The notes below the pieces were generated by a model. That model did no database searches. It worked only from the letters and a program-made list of their open reading frames with translations, and was not told the origin of the DNA. The translations under genes were made by a program, and so were the position numbers. Shown in pieces: positions 53,191 through 56,001 of a DNA stretch of 56,001 nucleotides (position 1 is its first letter; each line of letters starts with the position of its first letter). This DNA comes from a virus (taxonomy: Duplodnaviria > Caudoviricetes): positions 1 through 56,001 of IMG/VR virus record IMGVR_UViG_3300020057_000388; one strand, written 5' to 3'.

Positions 53191-56001
53191 ATGGCTGAAC
53201 GTACTGTCGAAATTCGTCTGCGCGTTGCTGCGCCTGGAGCTGACGCGGTGTTTGCCGCGCTCTCGAAGGGTGGCAGCGACGTCGCAAATAATCTGCGCGG
53301 AGTCTCTATCGCGAGCGACGGCCTCACCGCCAGCTCCGGCAAAGCTACCCAAGCGCTCACGCTGAAGGCCAAAACGATGGAGGGGCTGCGCAACGTCGCG
53401 CGGCAGTACGCGGCGCAGCTCGGTCCGGTGGGTTCGTCTGTCGCCGCTCTCGGCCCAGCGGCGCTTGTGGCAGTCGCCGGGATTGGGGCGCTCGGGAAAA
53501 TCCTTTCCGACTCAATCCGATTCGGTCGCGAGTTTGAAAAGGGCCTCGCTAACCTTTCAGCGATCACTGGCGCGACGGGCAAGGATCTCAACTATCTGCG
53601 TGATCAGGCCATTGAGCTTGGCCGGAGCACCACCAGTGCCGCGATTCAGACCGTCGAGGCGTTCAAGCTCATCGCGAGCGCTAAGCCTGAGCTGCTAGAG
53701 GACGCGAAAGCGCTAGCGGCGGTGACGCGCGAAGCCATTGCGCTCGCCGAGGCGACGGGAACGGCAGTTCCCGAGTCGTCACGTCTGCTCGTCACCGCAC
53801 TGAATCAGTTTGGAGCTGGCGCCGGGGAGGCGTCGCGCTTTATCAACGTGCTCGCGGCCGGCGCCAAGTTTGGTGCAGCCGAGATTCCCGCCTTGGCGGT
53901 TGCGATCGTCAAGGCCGGTACCGAGGCGCGAGGCGCAGGTCTGTCGTTCGAGCAATTTAACGCCGTCCTGCAGAAGCTCGCGGCGTTCGGCACGCCGGCC
54001 GAGAAAATCGGCACGTCGCTGCGTAACATCTTCCTGGAATTGCAGAAGGGTAGCGACGCCACCAATCCCAAGATCGTTGGGATTACTAAGGCGCTTGAAA
54101 ACCTTGCGGCGCAGCAGCTCACCGTTACAGAGCTGACGGACCGCTTCGAAACCGAAAACGTCACGGTCGCCCAGCAGCTTCTGCAGGTGTCCTCGTCGTT
54201 AGGAACAATGACGGGGCAGATCACTGCGACGTCAGAGGCGTACGACCAGCAACGAATCAACACGGACACGCTTGAGGGGTCTATCGCGAAGCTGCGCAAC
54301 TCTTACGAGGAGCTGCTGGCCGCGATCTCGCAGGACCAGAGCCTCCTGCGCGACCTTGTTGTGATCTTCGGTGAGCTACTCCACGTAACAGCACTCGTCG
54401 CTAACTCCACGGACGGTTGGAAAATCGTCATTGGGGCAGCCTCGGTCGCCGCTGGGTTACTTACGGGCAATGTAGCCGTGGCCGCAGGGGCATACGTTAC
54501 CCTTTCGTCCGCCCTGGACGCGAATCGTGCACACCAAGAGAGCGTAGCCCAAACGCAGCGGGACGGCGCCGAAGCCGCTCGACTGGCCGCAGTGGCGCAG
54601 CGGGACACCGCCGAAGCCGCTCGACTGGCCGCAGGGTTCGTCAGCGGCCTCGACGCGGAAGTGCGGGGGCTCACCACCGGACTGGGCGGCATGAGTCCGC
54701 TCATCGCCGACACCGCGAGTTTTCTTGCGTCGCTCGGTGGCGCCGCAGCAGGGGCCGCCAAGGATCTCGAAGCGCTCAAGGCTGCACAAGAGGCCGCGAT
54801 CAAGGAAAACGACGACTCGAGCAAGCGCCTGCAGGTCGAGGTCAAAGTACGCGAGGAGTCGAAGCGACTCGGCCGCGATCAAGTTGAAACGAACCTGGCG
54901 GTCGCGGATGCGCTGCGGCAGTCCAACGGAGTAGAGCATGACGCGTCAGTCTCGCGCGGTGAATTGGAACGTAAGAACCAGGCGCTGATCACCTCCGGTA
55001 AGGATCACGCCAAGTCGATCAAAGCCGAAGCCGGAGAGTTTCAGCGGCTCCGCGAGGCGATGGCCGAGAAGATCGCCACCACGGAAGCGGAGGCGAACGC
55101 CATCGCGCAGTCTATCGCGCGAGGCGACTCCTACGTTCAGACGTTGGCGAACATTGCCGCAGCACAGCTGCACGCGAAGGGCGCCACCGACAAAGAGACG
55201 GAATCCTACCGGCAGCAAGCGCTGCATGCCGAGGAAGCCGCCGAGAAGCTGAGCAAGCTGAAAGAGTTCCAGTCGTTCACGACGAACGGTAACGAACGGC
55301 TGGCTCAGCTGGACCTAGAGCGCAAGGCCATTGACGAAGTCGGTGCCGCGCGCGGACGCTCAATCGACATCGAGCGTGCACAGGCTGTCGCTGCGGCTGA
55401 GTTCACGGCTCGCACTGCGCAGCAAAACGATGAGAAAATTGAAGGCGCGAGGCGACTTGCGGCCGAACTATTTGACCAGCAGCACGCCAACGACGCCCTG
55501 CGGGATTCGCAGGCAGCCCTCCAGGGCACCCGCGACTCTATCGGGGACATCCAAGCCCGCATCAACGTCCTGAACCAGCAAGCGTCCGGCACGCTCACGT
55601 TAGCGCAAGCCACCGAGGAGCTGGCCGTCATCGAAGCGCGGCGGCGCGCGATCAATCAGGGTGGCACCCTCAGTCCCGAAGCGGAAGCGGGCGTCAGGCA
55701 GCTGGTGCAGCTGCAAGAGGAGTACGCGCACGCCGAGCGCGCCGCTGCGCGGTTCGCTCGCACGACGCAGGACTCGCTCGACGACGCGTTTGATAGCGTC
55801 GTGGATCTTGGACGGGGTGCGTTCGAGGAGCTGTTCGCAACAGGTAGGATCGACGCCGGACGATTTGCCGACGGCCTGAAAAGTATCATTTTCAAGGCGC
55901 TCGCTGACATCGCCACGCAGAAGATCATCCTACCGATCGTCGCCAATATCGTTGGCGCCGTCGGCGGCGCCGTCGGCGGTGGTGGTGGCGGTGGTGGTGG
56001 C
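53191..56001 (+). CDS. Tape measure protein (TP901-type core), runs off window
   Basis: MAERTVEIRL...FEKGLANLSAITGATGKDL...LNQFGAGAGEASRFINVLAAGAKFGAAEI. Confidence 0.9.
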   Translation, partial: MAERTVEIRLRVAAPGADAVFAALSKGGSDVANNLRGVSIASDGLTASSGKATQALTLKAKTMEGLRNVARQYAAQLGPVGSSVAALGPAALVAVAGIGALGKILSDSIRFGREFEKGLANLSAITGATGKDLNYLRDQAIELGRSTTSAAIQTVEAFKLIASAKPELLEDAKALAAVTREAIALAEATGTAVPESSRLLVTALNQFGAGAGEASRFINVLAAGAKFGAAEIPALAVAIVKAGTEARGAGLSFEQFNAVLQKLAAFGTPAEKIGTSLRNIFLELQKGSDATNPKIVGITKALENLAAQQLTVTELTDRFETENVTVAQQLLQVSSSLGTMTGQITATSEAYDQQRINTDTLEGSIAKLRNSYEELLAAISQDQSLLRDLVVIFGELLHVTALVANSTDGWKIVIGAASVAAGLLTGNVAVAAGAYVTLSSALDANRAHQESVAQTQRDGAEAARLAAVAQRDTAEAARLAAGFVSGLDAEVRGLTTGLGGMSPLIADTASFLASLGGAAAGAAKDLEALKAAQEAAIKENDDSSKRLQVEVKVREESKRLGRDQVETNLAVADALRQSNGVEHDASVSRGELERKNQALITSGKDHAKSIKAEAGEFQRLREAMAEKIATTEAEANAIAQSIARGDSYVQTLANIAAAQLHAKGATDKETESYRQQALHAEEAAEKLSKLKEFQSFTTNGNERLAQLDLERKAIDEVGAARGRSIDIERAQAVAAAEFTARTAQQNDEKIEGARRLAAELFDQQHANDALRDSQAALQGTRDSIGDIQARINVLNQQASGTLTLAQATEELAVIEARRRAINQGGTLSPEAEAGVRQLVQLQEEYAHAERAAARFARTTQDSLDDAFDSVVDLGRGAFEELFATGRIDAGRFADGLKSIIFKALADIATQKIILPIVANIVGAVGGAVGGGGGGGGG
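54554..54634. repeat. 42-bp tandem duplication in tape measure
   Basis: CGCAGCGGGAC..CGCCGAAGCCGCTCGACTGGCCGCAG twice. Confidence 0.8.

Larger units (their letters stand above)
1..56001. mobile_element. Tailed dsDNA phage/prophage segment (siphovirus-like)
   Basis: Continuous phage gene order: recombination, replication, terminase, portal, protease, HK97-fold capsid, neck, tail tube, chaperones, tape measure; no host housekeeping genes. Confidence 0.95.

Overview
The whole 56-kb window is a segment of a GC-rich, probably temperate siphovirus or prophage. No integrase, lysis genes or att sites are in view, and the window ends inside the tape-measure gene. In order it carries: a leftward recombination operon (octapeptide-repeat protein, PD-(D/E)XK exonuclease, HNH, Sak4/AAA_24 ATPase); a divergent control region; replication genes (initiator with iteron-like repeats, DnaB); a glycan-modification cluster (GT2, two GT9, FkbM and class I methyltransferases); terminase; about 12 kb of accessory genes; then portal-MuF fusion, HK97-type protease and capsid, neck genes, tail tube, chaperones and tape measure, with three more glycosyltransferases among the structural genes. 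Three signals stand out. (1) Nuclease-free DNA methyltransferase modules appear to have been captured one after another into small resident genes: a Type ISP MTase-TRD fused to a resident start codon, and a Type III mod gene that splits hicA and replaces its GSH motif. (2) A roughly 460-nt, multi-domain structured RNA candidate lies ahead of the glycosyltransferase operon, and two smaller structured regions occur elsewhere. (3) Seven glycosyltransferases plus Ser/Thr-rich repeat and signal-peptide proteins suggest a virion or cell-surface glycosylation system. An intact IS607 (tnpA+tnpB) also interrupts a membrane gene. All family calls come from motifs read by eye; no database searches or folding programs were run.
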